A stretch of 64,000 bases of DNA from an uncultured Verrucomicrobiae bacterium (lineage in GTDB: Bacteria; Verrucomicrobiota; Verrucomicrobiia; Chthoniobacterales; UBA10450): the NCBI GenBank assembly GCA_963772365.1, contig CAVYXA010000001.1, positions 736,001 to 800,000 of the forward strand, read 5' to 3'. The translations under genes and the position numbers were made by a program. Positions 1 to 10,181 of the stretch are shown in pieces. The first letter of the stretch is position 1. The number at the start of each line of letters is the position of its first letter. The notes beneath the pieces were generated by a model, which worked only from the letters and a program-made list of their open reading frames with translations, was not told the DNA's origin and did no database searches.

Positions 1-542
1 AGCATCGGCGGCTGCATGCATCGATTGCACTACGCGCCAGAATCTTCCATCGACATCCCTTCTTCCAGAATGAAACCGGCCGAGAGATACAGTGGCCGCG
101 CGCCGCACATGGCCAAATCGTTAACTGTGCCGTGGACAGCGAGCTTTCCGATGTCCCCGCCCGGAAAGAAAATCGGGCTGACCACGAATGAATCCGTGCT
201 GAACGCGACGCGTTCGCCATTCACAGAAAAGATGGCGCCGTCATGCAACGGCTCGAGCAATTCATTACGAAACTGAGGCAGAACCATTTTCTCGATGAGC
301 TGATGGCTCAATTTTCCGCCACTGCCATGAGCGAGGACGATCTCCTTGTAATTCGTGATGGGCAGCGGACAAGAGGCACTAAGAGCCGATTGCTCGCCTG
401 CGCCGAGTGATTCTCGTTTCTTTACCGCATTGGTTGCCGCATCAGATGAGGTTGTAAATCGACCCTCACCGGCAGCTGCGCAGTCCGCCTCTCCCTGGCC
501 AGGGAGAGGATTGAGGTGAGGGTTGATCGTTTTAGATGACAT
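1..542 (-). CDS. hypE: Hydrogenase maturation protein HypE, 5' part (runs off the window; frameshift near 30)
   Basis: Motifs [39 protein letters not shown] and [10 protein letters not shown]. The N-terminal extension contains a palindromic element. Confidence 0.93.
462..523. repeat. Palindromic element (ACCCTCACC...GGTGAGGGT) in frame within the HypE N-terminus
   Basis: 9-bp terminal inverted repeat plus internal hairpin CCTCTCCCTGG/CCAGGGAGAGG; translates as [20 protein letters not shown]. Confidence 0.7.
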
Positions 543-1155
543 CTTCCGCTCCTAACGCGATGTGAATCAAGTCCCACAGAACATGCACGAGCGTGGCATG
601 CACTTCCTGGATTCGATGAATGCTGTAAGACGGAACGACGAAACAGTAGTCGGCGAGCTCAGGAAAACGGCCCCCCATCTTTCCCGCCCCAGGCAATCGT
701 GAGCATGTCGCGCTTCCGCGCCTCTTCCAGAGCATAGATGAGATTTGGCGATTTGCCGCTGGTGCTGACGGCAAGTGCCATATCGCCGGGCTGTCCCAGC
801 AACCGCAACTGATTCACGAATACGCGGGAGAAATCGATATCGTTGCTCACGGCGGTCATTGTGGCCGTGTCATTGACTAACGAGATCACTGGAAATGCGG
901 CGCGTTTCTCGATGATCGGGTGCGTAAACTCAACGGTGAAATGGACCGCGTCCGCCAGGCTACCGCCGCTTCCCATGGTGAGAAGCTTTTTGCCGTCCGT
1001 GAACCGTTTCGCCATGTCCCGACTCAGCCGTTCGATGTCTTCGGCATATTTCTCAAAAAACTTCTGCTTCATCTCGACGCTCTGCCGCATTTCCGCAGGA
1101 TCTTGTCGCGAAAGTTTTCTGCCGACTTGTCGATCTTATTTGTAGCCGTAATCAT
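532..1155 (-). CDS. SIS-domain phosphoheptose isomerase (GmhA-like) protein, two apparent frameshifts
   Basis: [30 protein letters not shown], and [17 protein letters not shown] in the adjacent frame. The probable start MITATNK at 1155 is in a third segment. Confidence 0.8.
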
Positions 1156-1241
1156 TCAGGTCTTTGAGGCAGCCACGCGTGGCGCTTTCCTATTGAACCT
1201 CAACATGATATCGCATTCTGCCAGGACGGCGGATGCGAGTA

Positions 1242-1946
1242 TTACATCCGTTCTTTGATTCTCTTTTTAAGCAGCCACCAGTTGGCCGGATAACTCGTCA
1301 GAAATCCGACGCACATGGCGATCTGCATCATGAACCAAAACACCGGATTCGTTTTCGGTATTTCGCCGAACAATCCAAAAATCACTACGGCCATCCAACC
1401 GTACATGCCCAACTGCCATGCTGTTAACGAAAGGGTATCAGCTTTGATCGCAGCGACGAGGCCCGGACCGGGCGAAAGCTGTTTCATTGGCGCGATCGTG
1501 AAATATTGAAATGCGATCCCGAGCAAGAACGCGAGTCCATAATCCAGTGCCCATGTCCCAAACACTTTTTGCCCAAGCAAACTCAACGGCACAAGAACAA
1601 CGAACCATTCGGCCACAAGATCGCCCAGCGTACAGCCGGCGCCGCAATGTGTGGTGTCGGAAACAACACTGAGCGGGAACGCCTTTGTTTTGGCCGGCGG
1701 ATCCTTTCCTTGTTCCCTGGCTTTTTGCACAGCGTGATGTGTCGAAAGGCGTCCGATTTTAAAATACATCCAAAGCGCCAACGGCCCGGCCCAAAGAGCC
1801 GTGATCGGCCAGACCAGATTCATGATCCACATGTGCTGTCGATGATCCATGACGATGTCGATGGTAATCACGAGCGCGCACACCCCTGTAACGACGAGTG
1901 CCAGGATCGACAATGGATAAAGCCAGTCGGGAATTGGAGAGTGCAT
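1242..1946 (-). CDS. DUF4396-family membrane protein
   Basis: Motifs HCGAGCTLGD, FQYFTIAPM, ADTLSLTAWQLGMYGWM and FWFMMQIAM...GFLTSYPANWWL. Confidence 0.85.
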   Translation of the reverse strand: MHSPIPDWLYPLSILALVVTGVCALVITIDIVMDHRQHMWIMNLVWPITALWAGPLALWMYFKIGRLSTHHAVQKAREQGKDPPAKTKAFPLSVVSDTTHCGAGCTLGDLVAEWFVVLVPLSLLGQKVFGTWALDYGLAFLLGIAFQYFTIAPMKQLSPGPGLVAAIKADTLSLTAWQLGMYGWMAVVIFGLFGEIPKTNPVFWFMMQIAMCVGFLTSYPANWWLLKKRIKERM

Positions 1947-2022
1947 CGAGACTCATCATTCCATCGCCGCTGACGCGCTATTCAGTCTTTTCGACTTCTG
2001 TTACCTATTTCGTAATTTGAGC

Positions 2023-2123
2023 TGTCATGTTGAGCGAAGCGAAACATCTCAATTGATTCTTCATTCTTATAGGGCGGCAGATACAAGAATGACTGGAGAT
2101 TCTTCGCTTCGCTCAGAATGACA
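2023..2123. repeat. REP-like palindrome, GTCAT family, copy A
   Basis: TGTCATGTTGAGCGAAGCGAAACATCTC...GAGATTCTTCGCTTCGCTCAGAATGACA; related copies at 7231, 34250 and 40176. Confidence 0.85.
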
Positions 2124-2142
2124 TTTCGTGGGATGCTTCCTG

Positions 2143-2660
2143 CTAGCTTGCCGGTTTAATGTTCTGATTCACGCGAAAGAAGTTCGTCGGGTCGTATTTC
2201 TTTTTGATCTCCGCCAGGCGGTCGTAATTGCTGCCATAGGTTTTCTTCACGCGTTCGTCTCCTTCGTCGCCCATAAGAAAGTTCACGTAGGCTCCGCCAC
2301 CCGAATACGGATGCACTGCATCGTAATAGCTTTTCGTCCACGAAACGATCTTTTGCTTGTTCGCCGGATCAGGATCCACGCCGACAATTACCTGCGCCCA
2401 ATTACCAGACCATCGTGGCAAACTCCCAGGCCGCCCGCGTTATGCCCGCCGCAGCGGATCGCGAGAAGCACGTCATTTTCTCTCGCGAACTTCACCGGCT
2501 GAATCACGTCCTCCACATCCGCACAGCGCACGATCATCTGAGGCTTTTTGTCAATCATCCCGTTGTAAACCTTGCGCGCCTCATCGTATTGCGGATCACC
2601 ACACTGGATTAATTGACCGCGCAAACTGGGTTTGAATTTGTCGATGCTCGCCTGATTCAT
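2143..2660 (-). pseudogene. FAD-binding (BBE-type) oxidoreductase with large internal deletion
   Basis: The N-terminal FAD-binding part (ARKVYNGMIDKKP...RCGGHNAGG) is joined out of frame near 2400 to the BBE C-terminus (AYVNF...YGSNYDRLAEIKKKYDPTNFF). Total length is far below the ~460 aa typical of the family. Confidence 0.85.
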
Positions 2661-2908
2661 TTATATACCTCCTTGTTCGCAGATGTTGAAAATGAGGTCG
2701 CTGAATTCGATCGCGAGCGACCTCACTGACACTCTGCAAAACGGACGCGGGGTTGTCTAGACGTTGGTCGGCGCCAGCTCCGGCGTCGGCGGCGCTTCCA
2801 AATGTCGCCCGTAAGCGTAATAGGCGGCGCAGTTTGGTGAGCGCGACCGCCGGGCGCTCCGGGTGTTGAAACAAATGCACACGCCGACCGGACGGATGGG
2901 ACCTGTCG

Positions 2909-3334
2909 ATGAATACTTTGCGAGGCGATCGCAGTGGAATGCGAAGGTTGGGCGCGCTCCTGTTATTCGGCGCGTTGATGTCGCCGGCGTTCCTTTTACA
3001 GGCGAGCTGGCGCGATTACCTGTTTGCATTGGCGGCATTGCTCTTCGCGCGGCCGATCGCGCTGATGATCGCCTTAGGGGGCGTGAAAATTGGCTGGCGC
3101 GAAAAAATCGTAGCGGCGTGGTTTGGGCCCAAAGGCTTTGCTTCAGTTGTCTATGCCATCATCGTTCTGAGGAGCAGGCTGCCTAACGCCGAGCGAATTT
3201 TCCATCTCATCGCGCTGGTCATCGTCATGTCAATCGTAGCGCATTCCTCGAGTGACGTGCCGATTGCACGCTGGTTCCCGGCGAAAGACCACAAATCGGC
3301 CACAAAACGCCGTCAGGCATCGCAAGAAGTTTAG
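2909..3334 (+). pseudogene. C-terminal fragment of a CPA1/NhaP-type cation:proton antiporter
   Basis: ARP...AAWFGPKGFASVVY...SIVAHS motifs; only the last ~4 TM helices are present. Confidence 0.7.
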
Positions 3335-3624
3335 CAAGAAACCATCACCAGCAAGTTCGCGCGAAGCCGGAAGATTGGACGCGGAGAAGCAGAGCGATGG
3401 GTCAAAGTTGCAACCCACGTTGACGCAATTCCGTATTCCAGTTCTTTGCGCACGAAAGCTGCATCGTAATCCGACCGCACGACCATCAAGTGTTCCGTTC
3501 GCGAATCCAATCAGAAGAGGATCTGTCTAACTTACTTGCCAGCGACGGCCTTTGTCGGTTACAATAAACGAACTAAGTGGCCTCCAGGTCGCTGACGAAC
3601 GGACTTCTCAGGGAAAACACTCGT

Positions 3625-4203
3625 ATGATATTGGAACACAAACGTAACTCGTATCTAACGCTTTGGCTCGGACTGTTTGGCGCTGTCGTTGTCCTCACTG
3701 GATCGCTTTTGTTTGCTCACGCTCAAACTAAGAAAAAGGAAAATGCAAAAGTGAAACTCAAAGAAGTTCCGACGGAAGCCCAGCTCCGACAGCAATTGAA
3801 GGAAAACCAGTACCGCGTCATGCGCGAATGCGGGACCGAACCGCCATTTCACAATGCCTATTGGAACAACCATCGGCCCGGTATCTATGTCGATCCAATC
3901 ACGGGCGAACCGCTCTTTAGTTCGCTGGACAAATTTGATAGTGGCACCGGCTGGCCCAGTTTCACTAAACCGATTGACAACGAGCATGTGACCGAAAAAC
4001 GAGATGGCTCCTTTGGAATGGAACGGGTAGAGGTGCGCTCGAAAAAGAGCGATTCGCATCTTGGTCATATTTTCACCGACGGTCCTGCGCCGGGCGGTTT
4101 GCGCTATTGCGTCAATTCCGCTTCGCTGCGCTTTATTCCTGTCGAGAAATTGAAGCAAGAAGGATATGGCGAATATCTTTCACTTTTTGAAAAAAAAGAG
4201 TGA
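3625..4203 (+). CDS. msrB: Peptide-methionine (R)-S-oxide reductase MsrB with N-terminal signal/TM segment
   Basis: [28 protein letters not shown] and RYCVNSASL. Confidence 0.95.
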   Translation: MILEHKRNSYLTLWLGLFGAVVVLTGSLLFAHAQTKKKENAKVKLKEVPTEAQLRQQLKENQYRVMRECGTEPPFHNAYWNNHRPGIYVDPITGEPLFSSLDKFDSGTGWPSFTKPIDNEHVTEKRDGSFGMERVEVRSKKSDSHLGHIFTDGPAPGGLRYCVNSASLRFIPVEKLKQEGYGEYLSLFEKKE

Positions 4204-4248
4204 CGCCCAGCGCGCGCTTTTGCTTGAATCAGTGGGAACGGCTCCCTG

Positions 4249-4860
4249 ATGAACAGCGCCAGAATCACCGACGATGACACTTCCCGGGTAAGCATAAGCA
4301 TCGGGATCGGGCTTGCGGTGTTGCTGACTGTGGGTGTTCTCTATTTCATCTTTATCGCCCATGCCAGCGTGCAAGAGACGGTTGGCTTTGATCCGAACCG
4401 GCCGATCCCGAGCGACAACGTGCTGCGCAAGCGACTGAAGCCGGAGCAATATCATGTGGTGCGCGAAAACGGCACGGAGACTCCGTTTCAAAACGAATAC
4501 TGGGACAATCAACGCACCGGGATTTACGCCGACATCATCACCGGCGAACCGCTGTTTAGCTCGCTGGACAAATTCGAGACCGGCACAGGCCAGCTCGCTT
4601 TCACGAAACCGATCTCCAAAGATTTGATCGCGGAAAAGCTCGATCTTTCTCACGATATGCGCCGCACCGAGACTCGCGCCCGCCGCAGCGACGCGCATCT
4701 CGGTCATTTGTTTAACGACGCGCGGTCGCCCACTGGCCAACGTTATTCGGTTAATTCCGCAGCATTCCGGTTCATTCCGGTAGAACGAATGGCGCAAGCA
4801 GGGTACGGCAAATATCTTTCGTACGTGGGCCAGAAAAATGTAGTGGACGAGAAGAAGTAA
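4249..4860 (+). CDS. Membrane-anchored MsrB paralog lacking the catalytic Cys
   Basis: GTETPF and AHLGHLF are retained, but RYSVNS replaces RYCVNS and GTGQLAF replaces GTGWPSF. Confidence 0.85.
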   Translation: MNSARITDDDTSRVSISIGIGLAVLLTVGVLYFIFIAHASVQETVGFDPNRPIPSDNVLRKRLKPEQYHVVRENGTETPFQNEYWDNQRTGIYADIITGEPLFSSLDKFETGTGQLAFTKPISKDLIAEKLDLSHDMRRTETRARRSDAHLGHLFNDARSPTGQRYSVNSAAFRFIPVERMAQAGYGKYLSYVGQKNVVDEKK

Positions 4861-4956
4861 GCTCGTTCACGACGCGTGTTTTCCGGCGTAGCCGCCTCGC
4901 GGTTTGACCTCGCAGCGATTTGTCGTGCGGTTTTTGCTGGCGTAGGTAAACCAAAC

Positions 4957-5892
4957 ATGGCGAGACCCGCTGTCGATCCTCAACGAACCTCTGCACTTCT
5001 CGCCGGTATCGCGGCATTCGTTACCTGGGGATTGATTCCCGGATACTGGAAGTTGCTGAAAGCAATTCCCGCCACTGAGATCCTGGCGCACAGGTTCCTT
5101 TGGACGACTTTGTTTCTCGCGGGGATGCTCAGCGCTCAACGGCGGTGGCCGGAAGTGAGAACGAATGCAAAGTCCCCGCGCGCCATCGCTTATTGTCTGG
5201 CGAGCGGCTTGGCTGTCGCTACGAACTGGTTCTTGTTCATATGGGCGGTAAACAACGGGCGCGTCATCGAGACCAGCCTTGGCTATTTCATGACTCCCCT
5301 CGTGAACGTTCTATTTGGAGCCGTTTTTTTTCAGGAACGGCTCACTCGATTGCAATTGGCTTCCGTGTTGTTGGCGACTGCTGGGGTGTTGAATCTGACT
5401 TTTGGTTATGGCTCGTTTCCGTGGGTCGCTCTTTCCCTCTGCACTTCCTTCGGTCTTTATGGATTCCTCCGGAAAAAATCTGGCACCGCCGCGATCCCGG
5501 GATTGTTCTTTGAAACGACCGCCATCGTTCCTATTGCGCTGATCTATCTGATACTGTTGACGGCCAATGGCAGTCTTCTCTTTGGACATGCCGAATGGCG
5601 ATTGTCGATCCTGCTGATGACCACCGGCGTAGTTACGGCTGTTCCGCTGCTTTGGTTCGGTTACGCGGCTCGGCACTTGCGACTCACCACCGTCGGATTC
5701 CTGCAATATCTCTCGCCTACCGGCACATTTTTTCTTGGCATATTTTTGTATCGCGAGCCGTTCACTCGCGCCCATCTGGTCACTTTTAGTCTGATCTGGA
5801 TCGCGCTCGCTCTTTTTACCAGCGAAGCCGTGATGCGCTGGCATTCGATGCGTCGCCGTGAGCTCTCTGTGGCGGTGGCGCGGCCTGTCTGA
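4957..5892 (+). CDS. rarD: EamA-family transporter RarD
   Basis: EILAHRFLW, ETSLGYFMTPLVNV and GFLQYLSPT; multiple TM segments. Confidence 0.92.
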   Translation: MARPAVDPQRTSALLAGIAAFVTWGLIPGYWKLLKAIPATEILAHRFLWTTLFLAGMLSAQRRWPEVRTNAKSPRAIAYCLASGLAVATNWFLFIWAVNNGRVIETSLGYFMTPLVNVLFGAVFFQERLTRLQLASVLLATAGVLNLTFGYGSFPWVALSLCTSFGLYGFLRKKSGTAAIPGLFFETTAIVPIALIYLILLTANGSLLFGHAEWRLSILLMTTGVVTAVPLLWFGYAARHLRLTTVGFLQYLSPTGTFFLGIFLYREPFTRAHLVTFSLIWIALALFTSEAVMRWHSMRRRELSVAVARPV

Positions 5893-5937
5893 GCCATTTG
5901 CATAACGATCTCGATCTTCTATTCTTTGCACGATTTG

Positions 5938-6459
5938 ATGACGAAAGACGATTTCGAATACGCGATTGAAAACACGCGAGTGATCCTGGCGCCGGACCAG
6001 CAGATTGCGACTTTCGGCAGCACCAGCTTCCATTTTTATCTCATCTCCGAACTAATGGATCGCGTCGACCAGGTCCGCGTGCGCAACGGTAAGATCCACG
6101 CAGAGCGTCCACAAATTCTGACGCCGGAACATTATTCACGACTCCTCCTGGAAGGATTCGGCGACAAGGCCCAACGGTATGTCGATCAACTCCGCGAGCG
6201 TCTCCACAACATCGCAGTCCTCCGTTATGGTTTTCAGTTTCGAAAAACCGATGTGAGCGAAGAAACTCTACGAGACTCTGTCGATGCTGTGATCCATCGC
6301 ACGAAGCGACATGTGGAGAACGACAGCGAAGCGATGAGCGCGATCATTCACGGCGTAGATGAAGCGTGGGAAATTTGCCTTTTAAAGTTCACGATCGACC
6401 TGATTGAGCGCTCCAGTGGCGGGAATGTCCGGGATTTACGAAAGCGCGAGCTTTTGTAG
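5938..6459 (+). CDS. Hypothetical protein
   Basis: Clean ORF following rarD; its stop codon lies inside a GTAG-type repeat. Confidence 0.75.
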   Translation: MTKDDFEYAIENTRVILAPDQQIATFGSTSFHFYLISELMDRVDQVRVRNGKIHAERPQILTPEHYSRLLLEGFGDKAQRYVDQLRERLHNIAVLRYGFQFRKTDVSEETLRDSVDAVIHRTKRHVENDSEAMSAIIHGVDEAWEICLLKFTIDLIERSSGGNVRDLRKRELL

Positions 6460-6503
6460 GGCATTTCTGTGACGCGCCATTCCGTCTGACACGCACGCCT
6501 ACA
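6455..6503. repeat. Degenerate GTAG-type REP doublet
   Basis: TGTAGGGC...GCCTACA inverted ends between convergent genes. Confidence 0.5.
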
Positions 6504-6522
6504 ATCTGCAAGCCAGCGTGGG

Positions 6523-7236
6523 TCAACTTCGCCGGTAGCGCCGCATCAATTTGAAAAAGCGCAGGGTGTCGCGGACCGGATGAATGCTGCTGACTTCGTC
6601 GCAGTAAACTGTCGTTATTGGGACGGAATCGATTCGATAACCGTTGCGGCTGGCTTTGATGAGCATCTCGGTTTCGTAATCGAATCGGTCCGCTCCGGCG
6701 AGCATCTCGGGAATCAATTCTCGATGTAACATCCGGAAGCCGCATTGCGTGTCGGGAATGTCCTGTCCGCACAATCGGCTGATTCGTTTACTCATATAAC
6801 GATTCACGATCCGGCGAACGAGTGGCATGCGTGAAACGTCATCCATTCGGTTACCGATGATCATCTTTGCGTCGCTCGCCCGAGCGGTTTCGATGAACCC
6901 ATCGATTTCTTCGGGCCGATGCTGCGCGTCGGCATCAAGGAGTAGCAGCCAGTTGAATTGTCGATTCTGTCCAACGCCGGACGACCCCTCAGTTGCCAGC
7001 CAATGCCGGAGGCCGGTTCGAATCGCCTCGCCCTTGCCGCGGTTTTCCGGATGAACGATCACTTGCGCGCCGGCGGTTTGCGCCTCCGCAGCAGTACCAT
7101 CGCTCGATCCGTCATCGACTACGAGCACGCGATCAAGCTTTGCCCGCGTTCTCCGAACCACGTCGCCGATGTGTTTCCCTTCATTAAACGCAGGAATGAC
7201 TGCAGCGATTGTCGATCTTTCTGTTTCTCTTGTCAT
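6523..7236 (-). CDS. Glycosyltransferase family 2 (DPM1-like)
   Basis: VIPAFNE, VVDDGSSD, NRGKGEA, LDADAQH and DTQCGFR; the probable ATG at 7236 lies in REP copy B. Confidence 0.88.
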   Translation of the reverse strand: MTRETERSTIAAVIPAFNEGKHIGDVVRRTRAKLDRVLVVDDGSSDGTAAEAQTAGAQVIVHPENRGKGEAIRTGLRHWLATEGSSGVGQNRQFNWLLLLDADAQHRPEEIDGFIETARASDAKMIIGNRMDDVSRMPLVRRIVNRYMSKRISRLCGQDIPDTQCGFRMLHRELIPEMLAGADRFDYETEMLIKASRNGYRIDSVPITTVYCDEVSSIHPVRDTLRFFKLMRRYRRS

Positions 7237-7299
7237 GTTGAGCGAAGCGAAACATCCCAAACTATTGCTCAAATCGTGCCAGAACGTCTGAGATTCTTT
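7231..7299. repeat. REP-like GTCAT family, copy B (right arm truncated)
   Basis: TGTCATGTTGAGCGAAGCGAAACATC is identical to the left arm of copy A. Confidence 0.75.
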
Positions 7300-7328
7300 T
7301 CCGGCGTCTGTCCAATTCATAATGCCAG

Positions 7329-8227
7329 TCACCGCCGAACCGGCTGAAAATCGGCCGCGTGATAAGAGCTGCGAACCAGCGGACCGGAGGCGACGTGAAG
7401 AAATCCCTTTTTGCGTGCGATTTCGCCGTAGTAATCGAATCGCTCGCGGCGGAATGTATTCGACCACCGGCAGATGTTTCGGCGTTGGCCGAAGATACTG
7501 GCCCAGCGTCAACACTTCGCAGCCGACTTCGCGCAAGTCACCCATCGTTTGGAAAAGTTCCGATTCCGTCTCTCCTAACCCAAGCATGATGCCGCTCTTG
7601 GTGGCGATCCCGGCGGTGCGAGACGAAAGCTCTTTGGCTCGTTTCAGCACTTGCAGTGAAGTGCGATATTTCGCCCGCGAACGCACCAGCGGCGTAAGAC
7701 GTTCAACGGTTTCCATGTTGTGGTTGTAAATGTCGGGAACAGCGTCGAGCACGATTTGGATGCACCAATCCTGCGCGTGAAAATCCGGCACTAGAACTTC
7801 GACAATCACCGAAGGGTCCATGTCGCGAATCGCCGCGATGATGCGCGCGAAATGATTCGCCGCCGCCATCCTCGAAATCATCGCGCGCGACGGCAGTAAT
7901 CACGACATGTTTCAATTTCATCCGCTTAACCGCCTCGGCCACTCGCTGCGGTTCATCTTCTTCCAGGGCAAATGGTTTTGCGGTCTTCACGGCGCAAAAT
8001 CCGCACGCTCGAGTGCAACGATCCCCGGCGATCATCATCGTGGCCGTTCCCTGGCTCCAGCATTCCCACCGATTTGGACATTGCGCGCTTTCGCAAACCG
8101 TATGCAAACGCAGATCGGAAATGAGCGCTTTGGTGGAAAAGAAAACCGGATTGGACGGCAAGCGGACCTTTATCCAGGCCGGTTTCTGCGCCTGATGCAG
8201 CGCCGGATCGATCTTCGCGCAGGACAT
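7329..8227 (-). CDS. lipA: Lipoyl synthase (two apparent frameshifts, ~7865 and ~7445)
   Basis: [30 protein letters not shown] and GQYLRP; C-terminal [10 protein letters not shown] is in a further frame. Confidence 0.92.
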
Positions 8228-8296
8228 CGGAAAATTCGTTAAAATTTTAAATGAAGGCAAATTTCTTAAAAGTAACACCTAAAACTTAAAGCTCAA

Positions 8297-8902
8297 CTAC
8301 AGCTTCGTCCGTCCGGATAATGCCGTGAAAGGGTCAATTCATCGGCCGATTCGAGGGCGCCGCCGGCGGGAATGCCGCGGGCGATCCTCGTGAGCGTCAC
8401 CGGCTTTCCCTTCAAGAAGATCGACAAGATAATTCGTGGTGGCTTCGCCTTCGACATCGGCTGCGAGCGCAAAAATGATCTCGGAGATCTTTTCGCGATC
8501 GACGCGATCGATAAATTCTTTGATTCGCAAATCCTCCGGACCGACATGATCAAGGGGCGAAATTTTTCCGCCCAGACGAATGATAGCGCCCACGAAACGC
8601 GCTCGTTTTTTCCAGCGGCAGAATATCGGTCGGCTGTTCGACCACACAAAGAAGATCTGCGCGCCGCGATGGATCGGCGCAGATATCGCAGATCTCCTGT
8701 CTAAAAAAGCCGCAAAGCGCGCAGGGATGAATAGCGCGCCGCGTCCAGGTAATGGCGCGTGCGATCTGTTCCGGTTGATCGTCCCGCGCCTGAACGATCC
8801 AGAGCGCGATTCGTTCGGCTGAACGCGGACCGATGCCCGGCATTTGCCGAAGCTGCGCGATCAAATCCCTCAGCGCAGCGCGGATATTCGGTTTTTCTCA
8901 AC
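8297..8902 (-). CDS. recR: Recombination mediator RecR (several apparent frameshifts)
   Basis: MPGIGPRSAERIA, C4 zinc finger, LCVVE, DVEGEATTNY and TRIARGIPAGG spread over three frames. Confidence 0.9.
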
Positions 8903-10173
8903 ACGGCCCAGTGCTTAGCCAACGGCGCTTCCGCCAAATGCAACGCCAGCGGCTCCAGCCGGCGCAGATAGAGTTGCAAGTGGCGCATCGTTTTCCGCGT
9001 CCGGACCGCGCGCTTTTTGGAATTCGGAGTATGCTTCCGCCCAGCGTTTTTCGCGATAAAACACGACGCCGTTCCAGAAACGAATCGCGCCGGGCAAGGT
9101 GTTCCGGTTTAGCTTCCGCTGCCAGCCAAAGCGGCTCGTAAATTTCATGCCGCTCCTGCGAGTTGACTCCACTGAGAAAATCGATCGGACGCGCCACCAC
9201 GATTTTGCTTGCCAGCTCAAACGTGCGCGGGCCAATCAAGATTCGTGATCCATAAAAACGATTGGCCACACAGAACCGTGCGAGCCAGCTCGACCGGTTC
9301 GCCTGCAGTCAGCAGGGGACGACTTCCGTCCCGTTCTAACGGCGCGGCAATGATCTGACCCGAACTGACCCCTAAATGAACATCGCAATTGCTGGAGAGT
9401 TCGCCGTTGTTTTGCCGGCTCGAATCGCGAAATTGGTTGACTAGCTCCAGCGCGACCCGGACGGCCTTTTCCGCATGTTCCGTTTCCGTGATCGGGAAAT
9501 CCGAAAATCGCAACAACTCCTTCGCCGTCGGCCGCCTGAATATAAGCGCCGGCTTCACATTAAGAGATCAGTCGCGCGACCAATAAATTTGTCCGATGGC
9601 CTCCGCGAATGCTGTGGGTTCAGATTCCTCGGCCAGATCGTATTTGTTGGCGATGTCGCAGACTACGACTGTGACTTCGTAAGTTTTCGCCTGCCCATCA
9701 AGAGGAGTTTCGCCTTCAATAATCCGCTGTATTTGCTCATTCGACAGGCGGCCGGTAAAAAAGGCGTGGGCCTGACTTGCCCGGCCGTGAGTCGCAAGAG
9801 CGACCGCTCTTTCCGCGGCGACGAACGCGAGTATTACCGCGAGAATCAAAGGGAGCGGTTGAAAGAAAATGTGATAGAGCGCGCACACCGCGGTCAGAAC
9901 GATGATCTCAATCAATAGTGCGCCGGCCACCCACATCATTCGCGATCGACGTGCGCTCATCGAAGTTAACGCAGCCACTCCGAGCGAGAAAACAAGAGCG
10001 ATCAGCAGATATTGCCAGACTTCGCCGGATGGAGAAGAAATCGGGCGAAAGTGCGAAACGAGTCCCGCAATTGGCTGCTCGATTATTGCAAGCAATCCGA
10101 TGCCGTGCAGCGTCACCACCAGCCCGGCGACAACAACGCCAATGATCAACGTTACTGCAAGAGGCCGTTTCAT
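8898..10173 (-). CDS. Membrane protein with degenerate class III adenylate/guanylate cyclase domain (frameshifted)
   Basis: Four TM segments, then VTVVVCDI, HAEKAVRVAL, HLGVSSG, AGEPVELAR, NRFYGSRILIG and HEIYEPL. Confidence 0.7.
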
Positions 10174-10181
10174 CTAACGAA

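Noticed and set aside
2596..3038. Minus-strand ORFs between the two pseudogenes
   Set aside because: No convincing motif; probably remnants or shadow ORFs.
4740..4760. Selenocysteine MsrB
   Set aside because: The codon is TCG (Ser), not an in-frame TGA.
6523..7881. Apparent LipA-glycosyltransferase fusion ORF
   Set aside because: A frameshift artefact: the true LipA C-terminus (VRSSYHA, stop at 7329) is in another frame, and the linker runs through a REP.
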